NCBI GenBank assembly: GCA_963707215.1
Contig: CAVPPB010000003.1
Span: forward strand, 1,184,001 to 1,248,000
Origin: an uncultured Chloroflexia bacterium
GTDB taxonomy: Bacteria; Chloroflexota; Limnocylindria; Limnocylindrales; CSP1-4
DNA: 64,000 nt
Direction of reading: 5' to 3'
This document shows, one piece after another, positions 55,062-64,000 of the stretch (its first letter is position 1; every line of letters starts with the position of its first letter). The notes below the pieces were generated by a model. It did no database searches. It was not told where the DNA came from and saw only the letters and a program-made list of their open reading frames with translations. The translations under genes and the position numbers were made by a program.

Positions 55062-55661
55062 TCAGCCGCCGGCGTACTTCCAGTACATCGGGCCCGTGTA
55101 GCAATGGCCCAGGGCCTTGCAGGCCCCGCCGGTGAGATCCCAGATCCGCCCGGACACGTACGGCCCTCGATCCACGACCGGCACGGTCAGGGTCCGACCG
55201 TTGGCCGGATTGCGGAACACGATCTTGGTCCCGCAGGGCAGCGTCCGGTGGGCCACGCCGATCAGGGTCTTGGTCATCGCGAGGCCACAGGCCGTCCGGT
55301 TGCCGTAGAACCCGGGGCCGTACCAGGAGAGGTTGCGGTCCAGGCGCCAGGTGTTCTTGGCGACCGACCCGGGCGTCGGCTCAGGCTGGTCGATCGCCGG
55401 GCGCGGAGGAGCCGCGCTCTGGGGCGCCGGCTCGCGGAGCACCTCATCGGGCTCCACGGCCGACTCCGAGCGCAGCGCGGGGTCGTCGGTTACGGACACC
55501 ATCCCGGGCACGGAGGAGGCGTCCAGCGTCACCGGCTGGAACGACTCGAGCGCGCCGGCCTGAGCACCGCCTGGGGTGCGGGACCCGGCCGGACCGGGGA
55601 CGGCGACCATCGCGAGCGCGGCGGTAAGCACCACGCTTGCGACCAAGCGGTCGCGTCTCAC
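55062..55661 (-). CDS. RlpA-like (DPBB) lytic transglycosylase, exported
   Basis: Signal peptide; SWYGPGFYGNRTACG, VAHRTLPCGT, VVDRGPY, WDLT. Confidence 0.88.
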   Translation of the reverse strand: MRRDRLVASVVLTAALAMVAVPGPAGSRTPGGAQAGALESFQPVTLDASSVPGMVSVTDDPALRSESAVEPDEVLREPAPQSAAPPRPAIDQPEPTPGSVAKNTWRLDRNLSWYGPGFYGNRTACGLAMTKTLIGVAHRTLPCGTKIVFRNPANGRTLTVPVVDRGPYVSGRIWDLTGGACKALGHCYTGPMYWKYAGG

Positions 55662-55738
55662 AGCCGGCGCATGATACACGGGCACCGTGGATGTGTCTTG
55701 TGCGCATATCGAGCGAGAGATGCATCCTCGGAGGCGCG

Positions 55739-56662
55739 ATGACGGATGACGGCCGATCCCGGCGGATCCGGTTCGGGGGGCCGCTGGACCTCGGGCTGAC
55801 CGTCGGTCCGCTGCGCCGGGGGCCGGACGACCCCACCACCCGGGTCCGCGGCAGCCTCGCCTGGCGCGCCACGCGGACACCGGCCGGACCGGGGACGGAG
55901 CGGATCGAGCGCGTGGCGGACGGGGCACTCGTCACGGCCTGGGGGCCCGGCGCCGAGTGGCTCCTCGAGACGGTCCCGGACCTCCTCGGAGCGGACGACG
56001 ACCCGGCCTCCTTCCGGCCCGCCCATCCCCGGCTGCGACAGCTCGCCGTTCGGCTCGCCGGTCTGCGGATCGGCCGAAGCGCGGCCGTCCTGGAGGCGCT
56101 GATCCCGGCGATCCTCGAGCAGAAGGTGACCGGGGCGCAGGCCCGGCGGGGATTCCGGGGGCTGGTAGCGGCCTACGGCGAGGGCGCTCCCGGGCCGGTC
56201 CCCCCGGACGGACAGCCGCTTCGCCTGCCGCCGTCGCCCGAGGCGCTGGCCCGTCTCCCCTACCACGCCTACCACCCGTTCGGGATCGAGCGCCGCCGAG
56301 CCGAGACGATCGGTCGGGTGGCCTCCGTCGCGGGCCGGCTGGAAGCGGTCGTCGAGCTGCCCCTGAACGCCGCCTACGCCCGGCTGCGGGCCATCGCCGG
56401 GATCGGCCCGTGGACCGCCGCCGAGGTCGCCCAGCGGGCACTCGGTGACCAAGACGCGGTGAGCGTCGGGGACTTCCACCTGCCCAACCTCGTCGCCTGG
56501 GCGCTGGCCGGCGAGCCGCGCGGCACCGACGAACGGATGCTGGAGCTGCTGGAGCCGTACCGCGGGCAGCGCGGCCGGGTCATCCGGCTCCTGGAGGCGA
56601 GCGGCATCCGGGCGCCGTCCTATGGGCCCCGGCTCGCGCCGCGGCGGATCGAGGCTGACTGA
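55739..56662 (+). CDS. DNA-3-methyladenine glycosylase II (AlkA/HhH-GPD) family
   Basis: AILEQKVTG, LRAIAGIGPWTA HhH motif, DAVSVGDFHL; SD GGAGG. Confidence 0.88.
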   Translation: MTDDGRSRRIRFGGPLDLGLTVGPLRRGPDDPTTRVRGSLAWRATRTPAGPGTERIERVADGALVTAWGPGAEWLLETVPDLLGADDDPASFRPAHPRLRQLAVRLAGLRIGRSAAVLEALIPAILEQKVTGAQARRGFRGLVAAYGEGAPGPVPPDGQPLRLPPSPEALARLPYHAYHPFGIERRRAETIGRVASVAGRLEAVVELPLNAAYARLRAIAGIGPWTAAEVAQRALGDQDAVSVGDFHLPNLVAWALAGEPRGTDERMLELLEPYRGQRGRVIRLLEASGIRAPSYGPRLAPRRIEAD

Positions 56663-56683
56663 GCAGCCGGCCGATCGGCCGGA

Positions 56684-57889
56684 TCAGCCCTCGCGCATCC
56701 CCCAGGGGGAGCCATATGCGGTCAGCAGCTCCAGGAACGGCACCGGGTCGAAGGCCTCGGGGCCCAGCACGCCGGCCCCGGACCAGGTCCCCGCGGCGAT
56801 GAGCTCCAGGGCGACCACCGGGTTGATCGCCGTCTGCCAGACCACGGCCTGGGCGCCGTACTCGCGCATCGACCACTCGTTGTCGACCACGTGGTAGAGG
56901 TAGACCTCGCGAGGCCGCCCGTCCTTGCCCTTGCCGGTGACCCACAGGCCGGCGCAGGTCTTGCCGGTCATCCGGTCGCCCAGCGCGGCCGGGTCGGGTA
57001 GACAGGCGGCGACCACGTCGCGCGGCGAGACCTCGACTGCACCCACCTTGACCTTCTGGGTCCGGTCGAGCCCCAGCTTGTGGAGCACCCTGAGGACCTC
57101 GATGAACTCGTCCCCGAGGCCGTACTTGAAGGTCACTCGCTTCGCCTTGACCCAGCGTGGGATGAGGAGGACCTCCTCGTGCTCGACGTTCACGCACTCT
57201 ACCGGCCCGATGCCCTCGGGAAAGTCGAAGACCTCCGGCTCGCTGAACGGCGGCGTCGTGTACCAACCCTTGTCCGCCTCCCAGATGACCGGCGGATTGA
57301 GGCATTCCTCGATCGTCGTCCAGATCGAGAAGCCGGGCGCGAAGTCGTAGCCCTGGACCACGAGGTTCGCCCCATCGCGAACGCCGGCCTCGTCGATCTC
57401 ACCGAACAGGTGGTCCTGGGCATAGCGGGCGAAGACGTCCGAGAGACCCGGTTCCACGCCGATCCCCACCAGGGCGAGTCGGTCGGCCATCTCCCAGTCC
57501 CTGGCCCTGGCGAACTGCTCGTCGCCGAGCTTGACGCCGGGCAGCTCGTAGGGTCGCTCAGGATGAGCCTTCGAGAGCGACATCGCCATGTCCAGGTAGT
57601 GAGCGCCGGCCCGGAACGCCCCGTCGAAGATCGGCATGACGAAGCGCGGATCGACCGCGTTGAGGACGTGGGTGATGCGGGCCTCGCGGCAGAGCGTCTC
57701 GACCGCGCCGGCGTCGGAGGCGTCGATCCGGGCGGCGGAGAAGCGCGGGTCGGCCACGGCGGCGACGGCACGCTCGGCGCGGGCCTGGTCGTAGTCGGCG
57801 ACGACCATGTGCTCGAAGAACGACCGTCGGGCGGCGATGGGAACGACCGCGCTCCCGACCCCGCCGGCGCCGATGACCAGGATCCGCAT
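56684..57889 (-). CDS. Saccharopine dehydrogenase family protein
   Basis: IGAGGVG, YLDMA, GVEPG, VEHEEV, GVLGPEAFDP. Confidence 0.88.
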   Translation of the reverse strand: MRILVIGAGGVGSAVVPIAARRSFFEHMVVADYDQARAERAVAAVADPRFSAARIDASDAGAVETLCREARITHVLNAVDPRFVMPIFDGAFRAGAHYLDMAMSLSKAHPERPYELPGVKLGDEQFARARDWEMADRLALVGIGVEPGLSDVFARYAQDHLFGEIDEAGVRDGANLVVQGYDFAPGFSIWTTIEECLNPPVIWEADKGWYTTPPFSEPEVFDFPEGIGPVECVNVEHEEVLLIPRWVKAKRVTFKYGLGDEFIEVLRVLHKLGLDRTQKVKVGAVEVSPRDVVAACLPDPAALGDRMTGKTCAGLWVTGKGKDGRPREVYLYHVVDNEWSMREYGAQAVVWQTAINPVVALELIAAGTWSGAGVLGPEAFDPVPFLELLTAYGSPWGMREG

Positions 57890-57995
57890 GGCTTGGCTCC
57901 CCTGCTGCGACTCGAGTCAGTTTCGCGCGCCAGAGGCGGATCGGGATGGCGATGTGCGGGCCATGGGACGATCGATCTGGCGAGGACGAGCCGTC

Positions 57996-58592
57996 CTAGC
58001 CTCCCGGCTCCGGCTCCCGGGCCTCGTGGCTGGCGAACACCGCGAGGCGCGTCCCAGGGCGGGTCCAGTCGAGCGGACCGAGGCCGGCCTTCTCGCAGAC
58101 CGCGGCCAGCGTCGTCTCGCGATCCCAGCCGCGCTCACGAGCGACCTGGGGGAGGAGGACGGCCCGTCGCCGTCCGCGTTCGACGACGATCCCATCGCGC
58201 TCGGGCGCGAAGTCCGGCGGGTCGTCGATCGGCACGGGCGATCCGACGACCGTCACCTCGATAGCGATCCGGTCGAGCTCGCCGGCGGCGACCGGGGGGA
58301 AGCGGTGGTCGGCGACGGGCACCGCCGCCGCGGCATCGATGACGTTCTGCCAGAGCGGGCGGTCCGGGTCCATCCGCCCGAGGCAGCCGCGCAGGTGCCC
58401 GGCCTCGGTCAGGGTCACGAAGGCGCCGGCGGGCTCGCGCAGGCTGCGCGGCAGGTCGGCCGGCGCGATCCCGGGCGCTTCTGCGGGGCGTACGGCCGCC
58501 TCGACCGCGGCCCGGGCCAGCCACAGCAGGACCGCGTCGTCCTCGGAGGAGAAGGACGGCAGCGCGGCGACGGCGACTCTCGCGCCCGACAT
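57996..58592 (-). CDS. amrA: AMMECR1-domain protein (AmmeMemoRadiSam system protein A)
   Basis: GAFVTL..G.LRGCLG, DHRFPPV, IEVTV, LLPQVA..GW, CEKAGL. Confidence 0.87.
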   Translation of the reverse strand: MSGARVAVAALPSFSSEDDAVLLWLARAAVEAAVRPAEAPGIAPADLPRSLREPAGAFVTLTEAGHLRGCLGRMDPDRPLWQNVIDAAAAVPVADHRFPPVAAGELDRIAIEVTVVGSPVPIDDPPDFAPERDGIVVERGRRRAVLLPQVARERGWDRETTLAAVCEKAGLGPLDWTRPGTRLAVFASHEAREPEPGG

Positions 58593-58787
58593 CGGAGCGA
58601 CCGTAGGTCGGCGGGGCTGTGGATACCAGAGCCGTTCGGCCGGGTCGGCGGAGACGCCGCCCGGGGTCGGCGGAGAGTCGGCCGGGTCGGCCGGGGCCGG
58701 CCACGCCGTCGGCCGGTGCGCCCGCCCGCCCCGGCGTACCATCGGAGCAGGAACGCCGGTCGACCCGACCGCCCTGGGAGGTGCCTA

Positions 58788-59405
58788 GTGCCCTGGCCGC
58801 AGCCCGCCAAGATCGCCTTCATCGGCTCGCACGGGATCCGCAAGACCTCGGCGGTGCTGGCGTTCGCTGCAGCCGTCCAGCGGGCCGGCTGCTCGGTCGA
58901 GCTCGGTCGCGAGGTCGTGCGCGACAACCCGCTCGGCATCAACGAGGGAGCCACCGGGGAGGCCCAGCTGTGGGTCCTCGTCTCCCAGGTCCGCCAGGAG
59001 CTCGAGCTGGCCCGGAAGGCCGACGTCCTGGTCACCGACCGTGGTGTCATGGACAACTACGCCTACTACCTGCGCGCCTGTGGCGGCCAGGATGAGTTCG
59101 CGGTCGGGCCACTCGTCCGGCGCTGGTCGCGGAGCTACGACCTGGTCGTCAGGCTGCTGCCCGACATCGAGCTCCAGGCAGACGGCGTCCGCAGCACCAG
59201 CGACGCGTTCCGCGACGAGATCGAGGGCCTCCTCGATCGGGTGCTGCCGGACCTGGTGCCGCCCGACCGGTTGGTCGTGATCCGGGCCTCCGGCGTCGAC
59301 CGCCTGACCGACTGGCACTCCGTGCTCCTGCGGCTGGCTGCGGCGGTCGGCGGGTCGATCGGCGCCGAATCGCCACCGCGCGAGCCGAGCACCGCCCGGC
59401 GCTGA
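58788..59405 (+). CDS. P-loop NTPase / nucleotide-kinase-like protein (AAA_28-like)
   Basis: KIAFIGSHGIRKT, EVVR, LVTDRGVMDNYAY, DGVRST; SD GGAGG. Confidence 0.75.
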   Translation: MPWPQPAKIAFIGSHGIRKTSAVLAFAAAVQRAGCSVELGREVVRDNPLGINEGATGEAQLWVLVSQVRQELELARKADVLVTDRGVMDNYAYYLRACGGQDEFAVGPLVRRWSRSYDLVVRLLPDIELQADGVRSTSDAFRDEIEGLLDRVLPDLVPPDRLVVIRASGVDRLTDWHSVLLRLAAAVGGSIGAESPPREPSTARR

Positions 59406-59547
59406 CCCCCAGCGGAAGCGCCGATCGCCGTGTCGAGCACGGACAGCGGCGGGTCTCGCGGCAGGGTGGGCCGAGTCCCCCGGCCCGTGGCAGCGGGCCA
59501 TCCGGCCGGGGCGTCGGACCGGCTGGCGAGCGTAGCATCCAGCCGCC

Positions 59548-61266
59548 ATGCGACCACTGCCGCCGCCGTTCGATCGCGTTGCCGCTGGTCGGACAGCTAC
59601 CATCTCCCTGCGCGGCGCGTCCCTCCTCGGCTCTCGCCTCCTGACCAAGGACCTCGCCTTCAGCGAGGAGGAGCGTGACGCGTTCGGCCTCCGCGGCCTC
59701 CTCCCGACACGTGTCCTGACGATCGAGGAGCAGGCCCAACTCGAGCTCGAGCACCTCCGCCGCAAGTCGGACGACCTCGAGGCCTACATCGGGCTGGCCG
59801 CCCTCCAGGACCGCAACACCACGCTCTTCTATCGGCTCCTCGCCGAGAACCTCGAGGAGTTCCTGCCGATCGTCTACACGCCGACCGTTGGCCGGGCCTG
59901 TCAGCAGTGGAGTCATATCCTTCGGCGGACCCGCGGCACGTGGATCACCCCGGATGACGTGGATCGGATCCCCCGGCTCCTCCGCCACGTGCCCTACGAG
60001 GACGTCCGCCTCATCGTCGTCACCGACAACGAGCGGATCCTCGGTCTCGGCGATCAGGGTGCCGGCGGGATGGGCATCCCGATCGGCAAGTTGGCTCTCT
60101 ACACGGCCGCCTGTGGCATCCACCCGACGGTCACCCTGCCGGTCTCGCTGGACGTCGGTACCGACAACCACACACTCCTCAACGACCCGCTCTACCTCGG
60201 CTACCGGGCGCCCCGTCTCCGCGGCCCGGCCTACGACCGGATCGTCGAGGCCTTCGTCGAGGGCGTCGCCGACGTCTGGCCCGGCTGCCTGGTCCAATGG
60301 GAAGACTTCAAGCAGGGCAACGCGATGCGGATCCTCGATCGCTATCGCGACCGGATCCCATCGTTCAACGACGACATCCAGGGGACATCGGCGACGGTCC
60401 TCGCCGGCGTCGTGGCAGGGCTCCGGGCGACCGGCCAGGATCTCGCCCACCAGCGGATCGTGCTGGCCGGCGCCGGGGCAGCGGGTATCGGGATCGCACG
60501 GCTCCTGCGCCTGGCGCTCCTCGAGGCCGGGACGGACCGTCAGGCAGTGTCCCGGACGATCGTGGCGCTCGACTCCAAGGGCCTGGTCCACGACAGGCGG
60601 CCCGACATCGACGACGCGAAGCGCGACTTCGCCATCCCAGCCGATCACGCCGCGTCGCTGGGCCTCGACCTGGGCGGCGAGCGACCGCCGGGCCTCCTCG
60701 ACGTCGTCCGGGCCATCCGGCCGACCATCCTGGTCGGCACGACCGGGGTCGCCGGCACCTTCACGGAGTCTGTCGTGCGCGCCGTCGCCGAGGGGGTGCC
60801 GCGGCCGCTCATCCTGCCGTTGAGCAACCCGACCTCGGCCACCGAGGCACGGCCGAGTGACATCATCGAATGGACGGACGGTCGTGCCCTGGTCGCCACT
60901 GGCTCGCCCTTCCCGCCGGTGGAGCACGCCGGTGTCCACCATGTCGTCGGACAGGCCAACAACGCCTTCGTGTTCCCAGGGCTCGGGCTCGGCACGATCG
61001 TGGCCGAGGCTCGTACGGTGAGCGATGCCATGGTCCACGTCGCCGCACGGACGCTGGCCGGGCTGGTCACTGAAGAACGGCTCGCGGTCGGGGCCCTCTA
61101 CCCACCGGTCAGCGACCTGCGTGCCGTGAGCCGCGAGATCGCGATCGCCGTGGCTCGCGAGGCGCTGGAGTCCGGGCTGGCCCGGGTCTCCCACGAGACG
61201 GACATCCCGGCCGAGGTGGACGGCGCCATGTGGTGGCCGGACTACGCCAGATACGAACCGCGCTAG
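59548..61266 (+). CDS. maeA: NAD-dependent malic enzyme (MaeA/SfcA type)
   Basis: GLRGLLP, PIVYTPTVG, ERILGLGDQG, QWEDF, FNDDIQGT, GAGAAG, PLSNPT, QANNAFVFPG. Confidence 0.93.
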   Translation: MRPLPPPFDRVAAGRTATISLRGASLLGSRLLTKDLAFSEEERDAFGLRGLLPTRVLTIEEQAQLELEHLRRKSDDLEAYIGLAALQDRNTTLFYRLLAENLEEFLPIVYTPTVGRACQQWSHILRRTRGTWITPDDVDRIPRLLRHVPYEDVRLIVVTDNERILGLGDQGAGGMGIPIGKLALYTAACGIHPTVTLPVSLDVGTDNHTLLNDPLYLGYRAPRLRGPAYDRIVEAFVEGVADVWPGCLVQWEDFKQGNAMRILDRYRDRIPSFNDDIQGTSATVLAGVVAGLRATGQDLAHQRIVLAGAGAAGIGIARLLRLALLEAGTDRQAVSRTIVALDSKGLVHDRRPDIDDAKRDFAIPADHAASLGLDLGGERPPGLLDVVRAIRPTILVGTTGVAGTFTESVVRAVAEGVPRPLILPLSNPTSATEARPSDIIEWTDGRALVATGSPFPPVEHAGVHHVVGQANNAFVFPGLGLGTIVAEARTVSDAMVHVAARTLAGLVTEERLAVGALYPPVSDLRAVSREIAIAVAREALESGLARVSHETDIPAEVDGAMWWPDYARYEPR

Positions 61267-61303
61267 GGATCGACGACGGCGGCCCGGAGCCGCGGGTCGA
61301 TCG

Positions 61304-61501
61304 TCAGGCGGTCGATCCGTTGCCGGCGGCCTCTGTCCGGGTGTCCCCGGGCTCGACGACCATCGCCAAGACCTGCTCGCGCGTGGCGACCATGTTGTGC
61401 ATCCGTCGGCCGTGCTCCTGGGTCGCCTCGACGAGCTCGTCCTCACTGCCCGTCGTCTCCCAGCCGCAGGCGCAGCGCAGCCGCAGGGGCTCCTCCGTCA
61501 T
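61304..61501 (-). CDS. Small DUF1059-like metal-binding protein
   Basis: CACGW..G.EDELV...QEH...H pattern; SD AAGGAG. Confidence 0.75.
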   Translation of the reverse strand: MTEEPLRLRCACGWETTGSEDELVEATQEHGRRMHNMVATREQVLAMVVEPGDTRTEAAGNGSTA

Positions 61502-61512
61502 GGCGCTCTCCT

Positions 61513-62007
61513 TCAGCCCAGGTTCCGGAACGGCTCGGGCACGTACCCGACAAGAACGTCGCGCCAGGGGCCACTGAGCTCGCGGGCCACCACGGGGTCG
61601 TCCGCCGCGAGCCAGGCCATGTGACGCAGGCCGTGCTCGACGACCTGGGCGTGGGCGATCGCTCGCGGGGCTGCGGTGGCAGCCGAGCGGGCGAGCTCGG
61701 CCCGTTCGATCGGCTCGCTCGGCATATCGCCCACGAGGCCGGCATCGATGACGACGACGAAGCTGAGCACGACGGCGGCCCCCTCGCGTCGCCACGACGT
61801 GGAGTGGACCAGCAGGGGCTCGCCGACGACATCTCGGACGATCCGGTCGACGACCTCCACGGGGTGATCGTCCTCGCCCAGCTCCAGGATCCACGGCGCA
61901 GCACCGCAGGGTCCGGTGAGCTCCAGGTGGTCGCCCGCCAGCCAGACGACGAAGACCTCCGCCCGTATCGGCCCGTGGACGTCCCAGCCGGCCAGGTCCC
62001 GGGTCAT
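61513..62007 (-). CDS. Conserved hypothetical protein, possibly NUDIX-like fold
   Basis: Coupled (ATGA) to the upstream gene; LVHSTSWR and HGLRHMAWL motifs; no canonical Nudix box. Confidence 0.7.
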   Translation of the reverse strand: MTRDLAGWDVHGPIRAEVFVVWLAGDHLELTGPCGAAPWILELGEDDHPVEVVDRIVRDVVGEPLLVHSTSWRREGAAVVLSFVVVIDAGLVGDMPSEPIERAELARSAATAAPRAIAHAQVVEHGLRHMAWLAADDPVVARELSGPWRDVLVGYVPEPFRNLG

Positions 62008-62996
62008 CGTCGCCCGCCCAGCGGCGGGGCCAGCCTGCCCAAGCCGCGCTGGACGCCTTCGGCGGTGCGAGTCCAGGCGACCTCGGCCCGGGTCCGTAGC
62101 GACGCTGGGGTGTGGACGACGGCGTAGTAGGCCACGTACGCGTAGGCCGCCCCGGCGAACGCGTCGATGATCCAGTGGTCGCCCGTGTAGATCACCGAGA
62201 AGGACACGAGGATCGCGTATCCCAGGGCGAGCCAACCCACCCGCCCGAACGCCCGCCGGAGGACCAGGAACGTCAGGAACGGGTAGGCGACGTGGAGCGA
62301 CGGGAAGGCCGCGACCAGATTCGGGTTCACGCCTGCGAAGGCGAACGAGTAGAGGTAGCGACCGTGGAAGCCGAGGCCGTCGGCCAGCATCTCGAAGGCG
62401 GCCGGCTTCAGATAGGCGAGGACCGGGACCCCATCCGGGCCGTCCAGGATCCCGGCATCGGCGGCGAACCACGGTGGGGCCGCCGGCACGAGCAGGTAGG
62501 TCATGAAGCCGGCCAGGCTCAGCAGGATCAGGGCGGCGACGAAGTCGTAGAACTGCGGTCGCCGCCAGATCCACAGGACGTAGCCTGTCACGAGCGGCAG
62601 GGCGAAATGGAGCATGTAGACGATCGTCGCGAGCATCGCGATGTTGTCCACGCCGACCGCCGGCCGGAGGGCATCCTGGAGGACCTGGGTCGGGATGGTG
62701 CCGAACGCGACGAGCCGATCCGCGACGACCATGTCCCCGACGTGGACCCCGATCCCGGTGTCATCCGCGACGCCGCGCATGAGCTCGTAGGCGAGCAGGA
62801 GAGCGATGAACGGTATCCAGTCCCGGAAGAACAGCCGGCCTCGGCCCAGGAGGATCGCCGACAGGCCGAACGCGACGGCCAGCACGTCCGGGGTGATGGC
62901 CAGGCCACGCTGGAACATCGTCAGGATCACCAGGAGCGCGTAGCCCAACAGGGCCACCATCAGCAGCCGCTCGTTGCGCTGCCCGAGGCGCGGCAT
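62004..62996 (-). CDS. PAP2-family membrane protein (inositol phosphorylceramide synthase/Aur1-like)
   Basis: Multiple TM helices; YMLHF, PAAPPW, AAFPSLH, YTGDHWIID. Confidence 0.88.
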   Translation of the reverse strand: MPRLGQRNERLLMVALLGYALLVILTMFQRGLAITPDVLAVAFGLSAILLGRGRLFFRDWIPFIALLLAYELMRGVADDTGIGVHVGDMVVADRLVAFGTIPTQVLQDALRPAVGVDNIAMLATIVYMLHFALPLVTGYVLWIWRRPQFYDFVAALILLSLAGFMTYLLVPAAPPWFAADAGILDGPDGVPVLAYLKPAAFEMLADGLGFHGRYLYSFAFAGVNPNLVAAFPSLHVAYPFLTFLVLRRAFGRVGWLALGYAILVSFSVIYTGDHWIIDAFAGAAYAYVAYYAVVHTPASLRTRAEVAWTRTAEGVQRGLGRLAPPLGGRR

Positions 62997-63214
62997 CCGT
63001 TGGAGATCGGTCTCGGCCGTCGCTGGCCCTCCTCCCCTGGCCTGCGTGATGGCGGATCGATACCGCCGTCCCTTCGGCCGGACTCGGGCGGCCGGTCCGG
63101 GGGATTCTAGCCCGGGTCAGCCAGACCGGCACCCACGGACCCATGTGACGGGCGTGCCGGCGGGTCCGAATGGCCCTCGGGAGCCGGGGCGCCCTCCTCT
63201 ATGGTGACGCCAGC

Positions 63215-64000
63215 ATGGCCCTCGACCCCGGACCCCTGGACGCGCCGACGCCCGGGGCCACACCCCTGATCGCCACCCTTCCGAACCTGCGCGACGTCGG
63301 CGGGCACCCGACCGGTGGCGGCGGGCGCGTACGCGAGGGGCTGCTGTACCGCTCCACGGACCTGAGTCGCCTCGACCCGATCGGGGCGACGGCGCTGGGC
63401 CGCCTGGGCCTTCGCGCCGTGTTCGACCTGCGAACCGTCGCCGAGCGTGATGCCAACCCGGATCGGCTTCCCGACGGCGTCGGCTACGTGGTCCTTGACG
63501 TCCTGGGCGATGCGCCGGGTTCGGGGCCGGAAGCGCTCCGGGGGATGCTCAGCGACCCGGCCGATGCCCGTCGGATCCTCGGCGGCGGGCGGGCGGCGGT
63601 CTTCTTCGAGGATCGCTACCGCGAGTTCGTGGCCCTGCCGAGCGCCCGCGACGCGTTCGGCGGCCTGTTCCGGGCGCTCCTGGACAGGGGGCGCCGCCCG
63701 GCCCTGTTCCATTGCACGACCGGCAAGGACCGGACCGGATGGGCCGCGGCGACGCTGCTCCTCCTCCTGGGCGTGTCCTACGAGGATGTCCTGGCCGACT
63801 ACCTCGCCAGCAACGCCCACGTCCTGCCGGCCTTCCAGCCGATCCTCGACGCGTTCGTCGCTCGCGGCGGCGACCGCTCGCTCCTGGAGCCACTCCTCGA
63901 GGTCCGTCCGGCGTACCTCGAAGCCGGGCTGGCCGAGTTGGACCGGCGCTACGGCTCGCTTGAGCGCTACTTCTCCGAGGCGCTCGGTCTCGACGAGGAC
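63215..64000 (+). CDS. Tyrosine-protein phosphatase (Y_phosphatase3/PtpB type), 3' truncated by window edge
   Basis: NLRDVGG, LLYRS, FDLRT..E, FHCTTGKDRTG, DYLASN; absent from the ORF track because it runs off the window. Confidence 0.9.
   Translation, partial: MALDPGPLDAPTPGATPLIATLPNLRDVGGHPTGGGGRVREGLLYRSTDLSRLDPIGATALGRLGLRAVFDLRTVAERDANPDRLPDGVGYVVLDVLGDAPGSGPEALRGMLSDPADARRILGGGRAAVFFEDRYREFVALPSARDAFGGLFRALLDRGRRPALFHCTTGKDRTGWAAATLLLLLGVSYEDVLADYLASNAHVLPAFQPILDAFVARGGDRSLLEPLLEVRPAYLEAGLAELDRRYGSLERYFSEALGLDED

Overview
Very GC-rich bacterial chromosomal window; gene content and leaderless promoters suggest Chloroflexota, perhaps Limnocylindria-like (inference). I saw no rRNA, CRISPR array, transposase or prophage. 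The core is a ~24-kb selenium/formate island (25.3-49.3 kb). It contains selC(tRNA-Sec)-selA-selB-mobA, selD and fdhD, plus two convergent NAD-linked formate dehydrogenase systems. Both catalytic subunits have an in-frame UGA at the metal-ligand position followed by an identical 17-nt SECIS hairpin. FDH-1 is a split enzyme with a non-bifurcating-type NuoEF. FDH-2 has a one-chain NuoE/Trx-ferredoxin/NuoF/GltD-like partner with HydB (electron-bifurcation-type) motifs, and its GltD module lacks the NADPH-binding domain. Flanking genes include opcA-pgl, citrate synthase, two class III nucleotide cyclases, CorA, photolyase, an Mre11/Rad50-like pair, MFS transporters, amidohydrolase, a LysA-like decarboxylase, tryptophanase, RlpA, AlkA and malic enzyme. 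Indels cluster at ~11.5, 15.2-17.5 and 41.4-48.7 kb and look like sequencing errors. All calls come from reading motifs by eye; no database searches were run.
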